A DNA stretch of 64,000 nt from Eledone cirrhosa (taxonomy: Eukaryota): the NCBI GenBank assembly GCA_964016885.1, contig OZ024742.1:66216001-66280000 (forward strand). The letters are read 5' to 3'. This document shows, one piece after another, positions 35,301-47,476 of this stretch. The notes under the pieces are model-generated. The model was not told the origin of the DNA and did no database searches. It saw only the letters and a program-made list of their open reading frames with translations. A program made the translations under genes and the position numbers. Each line of letters starts with the position of its first letter. The first letter of the stretch is position 1.

Positions 35301-37644
35301 AAGCTTTTCAGCGACACTTCGCAGAGCTGTTCGGGGGCAGCGGCGGGCCGGATCGAGGGATGGACTTTAGTGTCTACCTCGACGAACTGCCGCAGCTCTT
35401 GGCCACTGAGGCGGAGTGTTGCGAAAGCCGATAACAGCCGCTGAAATACGGGAGGCAATGACTGGCTGCCCAAGTGGTAAATCGCCCGGTTTGGATAGTC
35501 TGCCCTATGAACTTTACGTACAGATGCCAGACTTGTTCGGAGACCTTTTGGCGGACGTCTACTGCAACTGGCAACAGACCGGAGAATTCCCAGCTCTGTG
35601 AGCCGAGGAGCTGTGGCGCTATTGAGAAAGGATCCGAACAAGGGGGATAACATAGATCATTTCAGGCCCATAACTCTGCTAAACACAGAGTTCAAGGTTT
35701 TGGCCAAGGTGCTAGCAACGAGGTTGGCGCTTGTCGTTGGTGGTCTGGTGGGAGAGGCGCAGACATGCGCCATTCCCGACAGATCCATCTACGATAACCT
35801 ACACCTCATGCGATACATCGTAGAGAAGGTAGCTAGGGAACCTGGCACGGGTGGATCCTTGATCAAATTAGATCAGTCGAAAGCTTTCGATAGGGTCGAC
35901 CATCGTTACCTAGCGGCAGTCCTGAGGTCTGCTGGCTTTGGGCCCGTCTTCAGAGGCTGGATCGCTGCCATACACAGTGACATCTGCTCTGTGGTGAGAG
36001 TGAACCGTTCAACCTCATGCGCTCGGTTCGCCAAGGATGTCCCCTCTCGTCCCTCTTGTTGTTATTGACTCTCGAGCCATTACTGCACAAACTGGAGACG
36101 TTGAAGGGGGTCCCACGCGAACTAGGATGCGGAATATCCGTGTCAGCATATGCGGACGATGTCACCTTAGTGGTGTCGAACGCCAAACACATCGATGTGA
36201 TCGGCACTATACTAAGAGAATACGAAGCGGTGACAGGAGCAATGATCAACCAGGAAATGGTTTGGTTCGGTCCGGACCTCCAGATGGACAAAAACTGGGA
36301 CAAGGTGACGAGCAGGGTGGCTTCTCTCACACAGAAATGGGCGGAGAGGAAGCTATCCCTGAAGTGTCGAGCAGAGGTGGCTAACGCGTACATCGCGTCT
36401 GTCATCTACTACCGCCTGACCATCGTACCTCGTCCTAAGCTCCGCTGACTGCGCTGGAGCGTTTGCTCTTTCACTTTATGTGGAAGGGACGCGCTCCGAT
36501 GGTCAGGCAGTCCATCTGCAGTCAACACCCGATACGTGAAGGGCTGGGCATGCCGTGGCTGATGATGCGCAGACACGCGCTCAGGCTACGACATTTCTAC
36601 CTCTTCCTCGACTGTGATCAGGTATGGTCGCCGTTTGCTAGACACGTCTTTCCCCAGCTCGTCTCCTTGACGGAGCTGCAGTCCTGGGTCAAACGAAGAC
36701 CGAGAGGGAGCGCTTGGAGACTGGAATGTCTTCAGGCGCTCACAGCCCTCGACCATTTGGGCAATGTGTTCGGTGGAAACTCCACCTTGGCGTTTTATAG
36801 AGGATTAGTGGAGGAGAAGAGCGACGACGTACTTGGAGAAACTCTAGGCGTCGACGAAAATCAACTAGCCAATCTCTTCGGAAGGACTTTCGGGTCGGGG
36901 CCTATGGACAACTTCCAGAAATCCCTGGCCTGGCAGTGCTACCGAGGATCTTTGCCAGTTCGGGATAAACTCTACCGGCATGGAGGTGCCGTCAGCCGGA
37001 CATGTCCGAGATGCGCGCAGGGCGACGAAACCGTCCTGCACGCACACGTCCAATGTCTGAGCATTGCTGACTTGTGGGTTTATGTCGAACAACTGCTGTC
37101 ACGTGTAGGACGGATCAAGCTATCAGCTGAGTCCATCGTGAGGATTGCCCCGCCCTCTTCCTTTAGCCGGGAAGAGCAGGCTGTTTTTATCTGCCTGGTG
37201 GCCATGGCGAAAAAGATAGTATGGTGGACACGTTTGAAAGGGCTGAGCACTTACCTCTTCGGTGATGCCCTGATTAACTTTTTCAAATTTCATTTAAAAA
37301 TGAAAATCTGGGTAGAGAAGGAAGTGCTCTCTTCCCAGCATTTGGTTGAAAGATGGGTGAGAGAAGCAAGTATGGCCGGAGTATGTGTCTGTAAATTAAA
37401 TGTGGAAAACTGGGAGAGGGCACTTGCCCTGGTGGTCAGGGTCACTGTGGCTTTTCAATAGGCTTTCTCCACCAATGTCCCTCGGAAGTCTCTCCCCTAT
37501 TGGGGAATTTGTTCATTGTTCTATTATTACATCCTCTGTTTCTTTTTTTTTACACGCAGAAATGCCCATTTGTACCGCCCTGTATTGTCCTGTACTGTCC
37601 TTAATGTCTACTTTATGTAAACCCTTGTGGTTAATAAAGAAATC
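32323..37644 (+). mobile_element. Full-span, decayed Tx1-clade LINE with type-C ORF1, in (ATT)n
   Basis: ORF1 fragments include CVVCGEGTHLRAVC. ORF2 starts at 34540, has a 426-bp in-frame APE deletion and is broken into fragments 34922, 35598, 36017 and 36463. Confidence 0.9.
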
Positions 37645-37666
37645 ATTATTATTATTATTATTATTA

Positions 37667-37940
37667 GGGCGGTGGATTGGCAGTATTGGGAGAGGGTCGG
37701 ACGCCATGCTTTGACGTATAGAGTTACGGCCCTTGCCATTATTATTATTATTAGGGCGGTGGATTGGCAGTATTGGGAGAGGGTCGGACGCCATGCTTTG
37801 ACGTATAGAGTTACGGCCCTTGCCATTCTGAGTTCAAATACCGCTGAGGTTAACTTTGCCTTTTATCCTTACGGGGTCGATAAAATAAAGTACCAGTAAT
37901 GCACTGGTTAATTGCTGGCCTTGTGCTTAACGAAGAAACA
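37667..37940 (+). mobile_element. SINE with an 87-bp tandem duplication of its head
   Basis: GGGCGGTGGATTGGCAG..GCCATT occurs at 37667 and 37754; the second copy continues into a full SINE. Confidence 0.85.
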
Positions 37941-37976
<36 letters not shown>

Positions 37977-38191
37977 GAATGCCATGGTTGACGGAGGCTC
38001 GGCTCTGTAAGGTATAGTAATTTTTAACCGTTAAAACAATTGTAAATTGTTTAAAACTTGAACCAAATTGTTGATAAAGACACCCTCCTCCTCGTGAGAG
38101 GGGTCTTTCTGTCCGTTATTTGGCCCTTCGGGGTTAAATAATCAGTTATTGGGGTTTTGTACCCAAAATTTCATTTTAAACAAAAAACAAC

Positions 38192-40285
38192 ATGGCTACG
38201 AAAAAGAAATTTCATACGTCACTCCCACTCATTCCGTCTTCTTCTTCCTCAATCATCACTACAGCAGAGAGAAGATTGTCTCTCTCCCTCCCTTCTTTAA
38301 ATGTGTCTCTCTCCCTCCCTTCTCTTTCGCAAGTGACGAAAGAAAAGAAAAGTCTCGTGCAAAGCGTGCAAGGTTTCTCCACGACGACGACGACAGCGAC
38401 GAAACAGGTGTGCGGGAAATACGAAAACCCAGTTCATTCGTCTGACGTCAGGAATAATAACAGTAGCAGCCGTAATAACAACAGCAACAGTGACAATGAA
38501 AACAACAGTAGCAGCCGCAACAGCATCACCAGCAGCATAAACAACAACAGCATTAGCAGCAGCAACACCAACAACAACCACAGCAACAGCGGCGGAGGCA
38601 GTAGTCGTAGTACCTGCAGCAACAACAAAAGTACCAGCAGCTCTGACGACAGCAACAGCAGAGAAAAACCAATCTCATTTGCAGGTATTGCGAAAAACTT
38701 GGAAACAATCCTCATAACAAATGAGGAATTAGAGGAAGCGAAGAAGATGGTGACAAAGAACGGACACCGAGCAATCTGCAAGGCAGCGAAAAATTTTTTC
38801 GAAACCCAAGAGCACTGTACGGTCACGTACCGTACAGTAAGTACAAAATCCCGTAGGGTGGAAAGAGCCACAGAGGCCCAAATACAAAAAGCCTTGGGGT
38901 CTGTGTGGCAGCGGAAAACGCACATCACCCGAGGCAAAAAATATGCCACCGTAGACGTACTTTTTGCCACACCCCAGGAGGCAAAGGCCCAATCAGTAGT
39001 GACCCTAAGGAGCGAGGAAATGGTGTTGGTGCCCTCCTACTGTGGGCAAAAAATTGTGAGGGTCAAACTGACCCACGTCCCCCCCGGAATGACCCCTTCT
39101 TGGCTGGCCGCGTCTGTCCTCGTCGGAATCGAGGACAAAACAACTGTACTGCAAGTACAGAAAAAAGTAAGAGAAGATTGGGTCGGCTCCTCCATTGAGA
39201 TGCTAATCCAAACCAACCAGGAGTGCATCGAAGCTATCCCGGATGTGATAGACTTCGATAACGGCACTCAACTGCCCATAAGTGTTGAGGGCAAACGCCC
39301 GAAATGCTTTCGCTGTGGATCGAAGACTCACCTCAGGGCCTTCTGCAACGAGAAGACCCTGAGAAAGGAGAAAACCCCCCTCCTTCCGAATCCGGCTCCA
39401 CGGCTACCAGCAACAGGACAAGCGGCAACCAGGAACGATAGGCCCGTGGCACCCATACCCACTCCACGGAAATCAAAAACAGCAGCAGCAGTGGAAATAC
39501 TAACAACAACAACAGCAATACCAAATGCAGCTGCAACAGAGACTCCAGTGCAAACATCACCAACAACAACAAGTGAAAGAGTGGAGTTGGTACCCCTCCC
39601 CGACCTCACAGAATCAGACATGGAGTGTGAGGTGGGAGAGAGATGGCAAAAGGTCGTAAGAAGGCACAAACGCAGAAGCAGCGCATCGTCGCCTTTGAAA
39701 AGGGAGGAAAGAAATGAGAAAAGGGTAAAGTCTACTGCAAAGAGACCCACAGCAGCAACAACACCAACACCATCACCACCCACACTAGCGCCACCATCAC
39801 CACCGGCGACAACCCCACCGCCAACAACACCTTCAACACCACCACCACAAGCACCAACATCGCAAACACAACAACAAAACACACACACCCAGCAACAACG
39901 ACAAGAAAATAGCAGAACCACACCCCACCCCCAGAAAAACAAATGCACGGCAATAAATACACACAACAAGAAACTAATGACTTACATAATTGAACACACA
40001 GACATTTCACAACAGGACTACATAATACCAGCACCAATCAAAACGCCAACTAACATAAGACTGCTAAAAATAGCACAGAAACAATACACAAATATTAAAA
40101 CGAAATTCCCCAACGCAGTTGGTGATTTCAGGGACCTAGGAGGAACCATCAATCGAAGAGTATACTCAGACATTCTCTTAGAAGAGCCGACGACCAGCCG
40201 AAGGGACGATTCAACGGTCCCTTCACCAGACGATCAAGTGAAAAGGGATGTAAAAACCATCCCTCCTCTACCAAAAGTACGGTAA
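38192..40285 (+). CDS. Tx1 ORF1 protein, 697 aa
   Basis: Ser/Asn low-complexity N-terminus, CFRCGSKTHLRAFC zinc knuckle, basic patch and Pro/Thr-rich region; located directly upstream of ORF2. Confidence 0.88.
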   Translation: MATKKKFHTSLPLIPSSSSSIITTAERRLSLSLPSLNVSLSLPSLSQVTKEKKSLVQSVQGFSTTTTTATKQVCGKYENPVHSSDVRNNNSSSRNNNSNSDNENNSSSRNSITSSINNNSISSSNTNNNHSNSGGGSSRSTCSNNKSTSSSDDSNSREKPISFAGIAKNLETILITNEELEEAKKMVTKNGHRAICKAAKNFFETQEHCTVTYRTVSTKSRRVERATEAQIQKALGSVWQRKTHITRGKKYATVDVLFATPQEAKAQSVVTLRSEEMVLVPSYCGQKIVRVKLTHVPPGMTPSWLAASVLVGIEDKTTVLQVQKKVREDWVGSSIEMLIQTNQECIEAIPDVIDFDNGTQLPISVEGKRPKCFRCGSKTHLRAFCNEKTLRKEKTPLLPNPAPRLPATGQAATRNDRPVAPIPTPRKSKTAAAVEILTTTTAIPNAAATETPVQTSPTTTSERVELVPLPDLTESDMECEVGERWQKVVRRHKRRSSASSPLKREERNEKRVKSTAKRPTAATTPTPSPPTLAPPSPPATTPPPTTPSTPPPQAPTSQTQQQNTHTQQQRQENSRTTPHPQKNKCTAINTHNKKLMTYIIEHTDISQQDYIIPAPIKTPTNIRLLKIAQKQYTNIKTKFPNAVGDFRDLGGTINRRVYSDILLEEPTTSRRDDSTVPSPDDQVKRDVKTIPPLPKVR

Positions 40286-40320
40286 GTGGTCTTTCCCATC
40301 TTTTCCACTCTATTTTAAAC

Positions 40321-43300
40321 ATGACCTCACTCAGAATAGGCAGCATAAATGCGCGTGGCTTGGGGTCGTCATGGAAGCAGGGTCACCTGCTCAACGACCT
40401 CAGGTCACTAAACATAGATGTAGTGGCCATCAGCGAGACCAGAATCTCCGAAGCACGGGCCTTCGCACCGATCTTCGGCGGCTACGATGTGTACGCATCT
40501 CCCAGCCGTCCTGGATCCGGTGGAGGAGTTGCTGTACTTTTTCGGAGAGGTTTGGATCTCGCCATACGGGCCATCTTCCTGGACCCAGAGGGTAAGCTGG
40601 TGGTGCTGGACGTGACCAGCGGAGACGGGCAAGCTTTCAGGCTAGTGGCCGTCTATGCCCCGACAGGAGCAGGGCGGCCTGATTTCTTCCGGCGTCTGGA
40701 GACCTTTCTTGGAACGTCGCGCTCTTTAGTGTTAGTGGGCGACTGGAACGGGATCTTAGATGCACGCTGGGACTGTGTGGGATTAGCGGATAGGGGTGGA
40801 GGGTGCAAGAGCCTCACCAACCTGCTCAGGCGTTTTGAACTGTCTGACAGGTACCGATTGGATTTCCCGAATGTGCCAATGTGGACTTGGACAAACCGCA
40901 TAGGGTCATCCAGATCATATCTAGATAGAGTATTTTTGTAGGGAAATAGATAGGTCTAGCATAGGCTGTCCACAATTCAAGATAGTCAGCTACACGGACC
41001 ACAAATTCGTGATCTGTGTGCTTGACTTAGATAGGCTTCATAGACGAGGACCCGGCTACTGGAATCTAAACGCGTCCTTACCAGCGCGCAAGGCCTACAG
41101 AGACCAGATTAGCGAACTAGTTAAGCGGGCGTTGACGGGGGCCATCGTCAACAACAAGTGGTGGTTTGCTCTGAAAAGAGCGATTAGAATAGAATCGATT
41201 AGGTTTAGTAAGGCTTTAGCAATAGAGAAAAATAGAGCAGAGGGAGAACTAGTTAGAAAATTAGACGAGGCGCTTAGCAAAGGCATTGCGACCGACGTGC
41301 TTGCGGCGAAATTGGCCCTTGACCAATTCTTCAATGCAAAGCACGAAGGCTGCGTTGTCAGAGCTAGGGTGCGTGCTCTCAGAGACGAGGGGACGAAAGC
41401 CGTTCAATGGGCCCGAGTGGCGGAGGCGCGTCGTGGCAACAAAGCCACGATCCGGTCTTTGGTGGACCACGACGGGCGCATGCTACTCGATCCCGGGCAA
41501 ATGTGTGAAGCTTTTCAGCGACACTTCACTCAGCTGTTCGGGGGCAGCGGGGGGCCGGGTAGAGGGATGGACTTTAGTGTCTACCTCGACGGACTGCCGC
41601 GGCTCTCGGCCACTGAGGCGAAGTGTTGCGAAAAGCCGATAACAGCCGCTGAAGTACGGGAGGCAATGACTGGCTGCACAAGGGGTAAATCGCCTGGTTT
41701 GGATGGTCTGCCCTATGAACTTTACGTACAGATGCCAGACTTGTTCGGAGGCCTCTTGGCGGACGTCTACTGCAACTGGCAACAGAACGGGAGAATTCCC
41801 AGTTCTGTGAGCCGAGGAGCGGTGGCACTGCTGAGAAAGGATCCGAACAAGGGGGATAACATAGACAATTTCCGGCCCATAACTCTGCTAAACACAGAGT
41901 TTAAGATTTTGGCCAAGGTGCTAGCAAAGAGGTTGGCGCTTGTCGTTGGTGGTCTGGTGGGAGAGGCGCAGACATGCGCCATTCTCGACAGATCCATCCA
42001 CGACAACCTCCACCTCATGCGATACATCGTAGAGAGGGTAGCTAGGGAACCTGGCACGGGTGGGTCCTTGATCAATTTAGATCAGTCGAAAGCTTTCGAT
42101 AGGGTCAACCATCGTTACCTAGCGGCAGTCCTGAGGGCGGCTGGCTTTGGGCCCGTCTTCAGAGGCTGGATCGCTGCCATGCACAGCGACATCTGCTCTG
42201 TGGTGAGAGTGAACGGTCACCTGTCGGAACCGTTCAACATCATGCGCTCGGTCCGCCAAGGATGTCCCCTCTCGTCCCTCCTGTACGTATTGACTCTCGA
42301 GCCATTACTGCACAAACTGGAGACGTTGAGGGGGGTCCCGCGCGAACTAGGATGCGGAAGATCCGTGTCAGCATATGCGGACGATGTCACCGTAGTGGTG
42401 TCGAACGCCAAACACATCGAGGCGATCGGCACTACACTAAGAGAATACGAAGCGGTGACAGGAGCAATGATCAACCAGGAAAAGTCAGTGGGCCTGCAGC
42501 TCGGCACCTGGAGAGGCAGGTCCATGCCGTCCAACAGCGTCGTCGGGCGCTGGACGGACGGACCGGTTAAATTGCTAGGGGTCTGGTTCGGTCCGGACCT
42601 CCAGACGGACAAAAACTGGGACGAGGTGACGAGCAGGGTGGCTTCTCTCACCCAGAAATGGGCGGAGAGGAAGCTATCCCTGAAAGGTCGAGCGGAGGTG
42701 GCTAACGCGTACATCGCGTCTGTCATCTGCTACCGCCTAACCGTCGTACCTTGTCCTAAGCCTCGCCTGACTGCGCTGGAGCGTTTGCTCTTTCGCTTTT
42801 TGTGGAAGGGACGTGCTCCGATGGTCAGGCGGTCCATCTGTTGTCAACACCCGCTACGTGGAGGGCTGGGCATGCCGTGGCTGATGATGCGCAGGCACGC
42901 GCTCAGGCTACGACATCTCCACCTCTTCCTCGACGGTGATCAGGTGTGGTCGCCGTTTGCTAGACGCGTTTTTCCCCAGCTCGTTTCCTTGACGGAGCTG
43001 CAGTCTTGTGTCAAGCGAAGACCGAGAGGGAGCGCCTGGAGACTGGAATGTCTTCAGGCGCTCACAGCCCTCGACCAATCGGGCAATGTGATCGGTGGAA
43101 ACTCCACCTCGGCGTTCTATAGAGGATTAGTGGAGGGGAAGAGCGACGACGTACTTGGGGAAACTCTAGGCGTCGACGAAAATCAACTAGCCAATCTCTT
43201 CGGAAGAACTTTCGGGCCAGGGCCTATGGACAACTTCCAGAAATCTCTGGCCTGGCAGTGCTACCGAGGAGCCTTGCCAGTTCGGGATAAACTCTACAGG

Positions 43301-43741
43301 CATGGAGGTGCCGTCAGCCGGGCATGTCCGAGATGCGCGCAGGGCGACGAAACCGCCCTGCACGCACTCGTCCAGTGTCCGAAAATTGCTGACTTGTGGG
43401 TTTATGTCGAACACCTGCTGTCGCGTTTAGGACGGATCCAGCTATCATCTGAGTCTATCGTGAGGATTGCCCCGCCCTCCTCCTTTAGCCGGGAAGGGCA
43501 GGCAGTTTTTATCTGTCTGGTGGCCATGGCGAAAGAGATAGTATGGTGGACACGTTTGAAAGGGCTGAAGACGAGCACTTACCTCTTCGGTGATGCTCTG
43601 ATTGACTTTTTCAAATTTCATTTGAAAAGGAAAATCAGAGTAGAGAAGGAAGTGCTCTCTTCCCAGCATTTTGTTGAAAGATGGGTGAGAGAAGCAAGAA
43701 TGGCCCGAGTGAATGGGCCGACTCTGAGTATATATCTGTAA
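40321..43741 (+). CDS. Tx1 ORF2 (APE endonuclease-RT-CCHC) with a single +1 T frameshift at 40933-40937
   Basis: Motifs NARGL, SETR, VYAP, GDWN, YLDRVF, then TDH, KSPGLDG, FRPITLLN, RQGCPLS, AYADD and CPRC..HALVQC. This copy has 5 T where the sister copy (~34726) has 4. Confidence 0.9.
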
Positions 43742-44002
43742 ACTAAAGGTGGAAAACTGGGAGAGGGCACTTGCCTTGGTGGTCAGGGTCATTGTGGCTT
43801 TTTACTGGGCTTTCTCCACAAATGTCCCTCCGAAGTCTCCCCCCCTATTGGGGAATTTTTCATTGTTATTTTCATTGTTATTTTTGTTACATCCTCTGTT
43901 TTTGTTTTTTTACACGCAGAAATGCCCATTTGTACCGTCCTGCATTGTCCTGCACTGTCCTTAATGTCTACTTTATGTAAACCCTTGTGGTTAATAAAGA
44001 AA

Positions 44003-44004
<2 letters not shown>

Positions 44005-44061
<57 letters not shown>

Positions 44062-44071
44062 GTTATTGTTA
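44005..44071. repeat. (TTA)n tract shared tail-to-tail by Tx1 and Dong
   Basis: Directly visible; mirror of 23991-24024. Confidence 0.9.
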
Positions 44072-46963
44072 TTCCTTGAATCTCAGTCATTGATGTTGGT
44101 TAACTGGAAAGTCCGTTGGATTGAATATCAAGCCACTACCTGCAGCCTCAGATATTCAGGACGTATCGGAGGGTTCTTGCTGTTCCAAGCAAGCATGCCT
44201 TTTGAAGCGTTCCAAAAAGCGTGAAGGGGCCGATTTTCTTTAACCATCCCTGGAAACCTTTGGAGATAGTCCCCAGTGCGCCTATGACAATTGGGATCAC
44301 TTTGACTTCATGGCAGTTCCAAATCCTTTTCACCTCCCACTTTAGGTCCTGGTATCGGTTAATTTTCTCCCTCTCCTTCTCTTGCACTCTCGTGTCGAAC
44401 GGGCAGGCCACATCCACAATCAGGCACGATCTTTTTTCTTTGTCCACAACCACCAGGTCAGGTCTATTGTGTTCCAGTTTTTTGTCCGTCTGTATCCTAA
44501 AATCCCACAGCACCTTCACCTGACTGTTCTCCATCACCGCCTCTGGCCTATGCTCATACCATTTCTCAGAATGTGGTAGATTGTTTACTTTGCACAGGTG
44601 CCAGTGGATCACCCTGCCCATCACATCGTGTCTCCAGCCCTTATAGTGGGTCTGGGCTAGGTGTTTACACTCGGACACAATGTGAGCCACAGTCTCCTCT
44701 CTCTCTCTCTCCACAGATCCTGCACAGTGGGCTAGCCTCCTCCTTGTAGATATGGTGCTTCAACCACTTCGTTTTGAGGGCCTGCTCCTGCGCAGCCATT
44801 AGCATTCCTTCTGTAGCCTTTTTGAGGTCTCCTCTTCTCAACCAGTTCCATGTCTGTGGATCTCTAAATTCAGTTTTCTCAAAGAAGGTACTATGAAGGG
44901 ATTTTCCCTTAAGGCTGCTCTTCCTCCTTGATGTTATTTCCTCCTTGGATATCCCCTGGCCTACTGTCCCCTCCTTCAGTACAGCTCTGAGCATTGGCTC
45001 CTTACTATAGGTCACGTATTTGTATAGGTTGTTTTTCTCCATCTGAACACAGTCCTCTATGCTGATAAGACCTCTTCCACCCTCAGATCTCCTTAGGTAG
45101 AGTCTATCGACATCACTCCTCTTGTGGAACATGTTGTAGATAGTCAATATCTTCCTAGTCTTCCTATCCATTTCTTTTTGTTCAGCAACATTCCATCTCA
45201 GAATTCCCGCACTGTACCTAATAATAGACACAGCTCGGGAATTTACTGCGCTTATGGCATTTCTGCTGTTCAGATGTGACTTCAATACGCTCCTTACTCT
45301 CCGAATGTATTCAGTTCTTAACAATTCCTTCATTTTTTTGTTCTTTATGCCATCAGCCTCCAGAACGCCCAAATACTTGTATCCTTCCTCAGAGTCAATT
45401 TCCTTTATCATCTCACCTGTTGGTATCTGGATCCCGTTACTTCTGCTCAACCTAACCCTCTTCATCACAATGACTCCACATTTACCAATACCAAACTGCA
45501 TACATATATCACTGCTGAAAATACGGACAGTGTCAACAAGCACATCCAACTCCTTCTCACTTTTCCCGAAGAGCTTAAGATCGTCCATGAAGAGGAGGTG
45601 ATTGATGGTAAGCTCTCCCCTTCCCAACTTGTATCCTGCTCTCACTTTTCGCAGCATAATGGTCAAGGGCATCAGGGCAAGGACAAACAACAGAGGGGAC
45701 AGGCTATCTCCCTGGAAGATACCTCTCTTGATCTTCACGCTTCCCAAGGATACTCCAGTTGATGTCAACTCTGTCTCCCAGGACCCCATACTCCTGTCCA
45801 GCAACTGTCTGATGTTATCTGCCACCCTGAAGATCTCCAGGCTTTTGGTGATCCAGGAATGAGGCACCATGTCAAATGCCTTTCTGTAGTCTATCCATCC
45901 CATGGCAAGATCAGTGTGTCTCCTCCTGCAATTCCCCATTACCATCTTATCAATAAGCAACTGGTCCTTTGTACCACGTGACTTCTTTCGGCATCCTTTC
46001 TGTTCGTCCGGTAACAAGTTGTTTGTGTGGAGGTGATGGTAGATTTCCTCAGACACAATGCTCGTCAACAGTTTCCACATTACGGGCAGACATGTGATAG
46101 GTCTATAGTTGGTAACATCATTACCCTTGATTCGGTCTTTCATTATCAGAACTGTGGTACCTTTTGTCAACCACTCTGGCACCTCACCCGACACCAAGCA
46201 GTCATTGAACATGGCCGTCAGCTTCGGGTGGAGGGATGTTAAATGTTTAATCCAATACCCCTGCACACCATCTGGGCCTGGTGATTTCCAGTTGGTTAGT
46301 TTTTTGGCTTGCCCCTTAAGAGTTTCAACTGTGATACTCAAATTAGTCTGTTGTTGTGCCTGCTCACCGATCTCCCTCTGTACTGTCTCAATCCACCCTG
46401 CCTGGGCATTGTGTCTAACATCCTGCTCCCATATTCCTCTCCAGAATGTTTTAGCTTGTTCCGCCCCAGGGATCAAGTCGTTGCCTCTTTCTTTCCCCTC
46501 AAGCTGTCCAAACAGCATCTTCTGGTTGTTGTCGAACATGCGGTTCTGTTTATACTGACTGACTCTGTTCTCGTATCGCCTGATTTTGGCACTCTTTGCT
46601 ACAATGCGTTGCTTCAATTCCTCTATGATAATATTTAGCTTTTTACTCCTAGTTTTGTATTTTATTTCCAGTCTATTTTTAGTGCCTATGTTTTTTAGTG
46701 TCCCATTCAGTAGTGACTCAAGCTTTCCTATGTCATTTCTCATTTCCCCGATTTGCCCACTCAGTCGCTTCTTCCACCACGGCTCTGCTCTTTCTCGTCT
46801 GTTGTTCCCTCTCGCTTTTATACCAAGTAGTTTCCTCACCGTATTTGCTGTTGCTTTGAGGATATTGTTGCACTGGTGAAGACTCCTCGCCTCAAGGTAT
46901 GGGATGACTTTGTTTACCTTAGCTGTTGTTTCTTTTAACTTTTTCCTGTCTACAAATCTTAGG

Positions 46964-46965
<2 letters not shown>
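44072..46965 (-). mobile_element. 5'-truncated second copy of the R4/Dong element
   Basis: Nearly identical to 21101-23990. A 4-nt (GA)n expansion at ~44700 splits it into ORFs 44665-46839 and 44148-44714. Confidence 0.95.

Positions 46966-47047
<82 letters not shown>
46966..47047. repeat. (TTA)n tract, right boundary of the cluster; an uninterrupted (TTA)n lies at 47404-47476
   Basis: Directly visible. Confidence 0.9.
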
Positions 47048-47399
47048 GTACTTTTATGGTTTGTTGCTATTCATTAATTATTAGTCTTTCATTTGCAGTG
47101 TTTTGAGAACCAAATGTCTCTATGATTACATCTGTCATTTCAGATGGCGCCAGCATGCTATGGTTCTGTTCGGAAATAATATCGGAGCGGAATTCTATCG
47201 GCGCAATCAAAACGAAACTTCTTACAGAGGAGAATCTCCATAAATGTCATGATAATGTTTATCATAATGATTTTTTCTTTTTTAAAGCTCTGTAGAGACC
47301 ATTATGTTGCTGGTGATGATGTTCATTGTGTTAACAACAACAACGACAGCAATAAAAATATTAATAATAATAATAACAACAACAACAATAATAAACCTA

Positions 47400-47476
<77 letters not shown>

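Larger units (their letters stand above)
37977..44004 (+). mobile_element. Near-intact full-length Tx1-clade LINE (type-B ORF1), flanked by (ATT)n on both sides
   Basis: 5' UTR, 697-aa ORF1, APE-RT ORF2 with one frameshift, and a 3' UTR ending CCTTGTGGTTAATAAAGAAATC. Confidence 0.95.

Noticed and set aside
19442-46965. The cluster as one giant inverted duplication or an assembly fold-back
   Set aside because: The arms contain different subfamilies, truncation points and deletions, so the insertions look independent.
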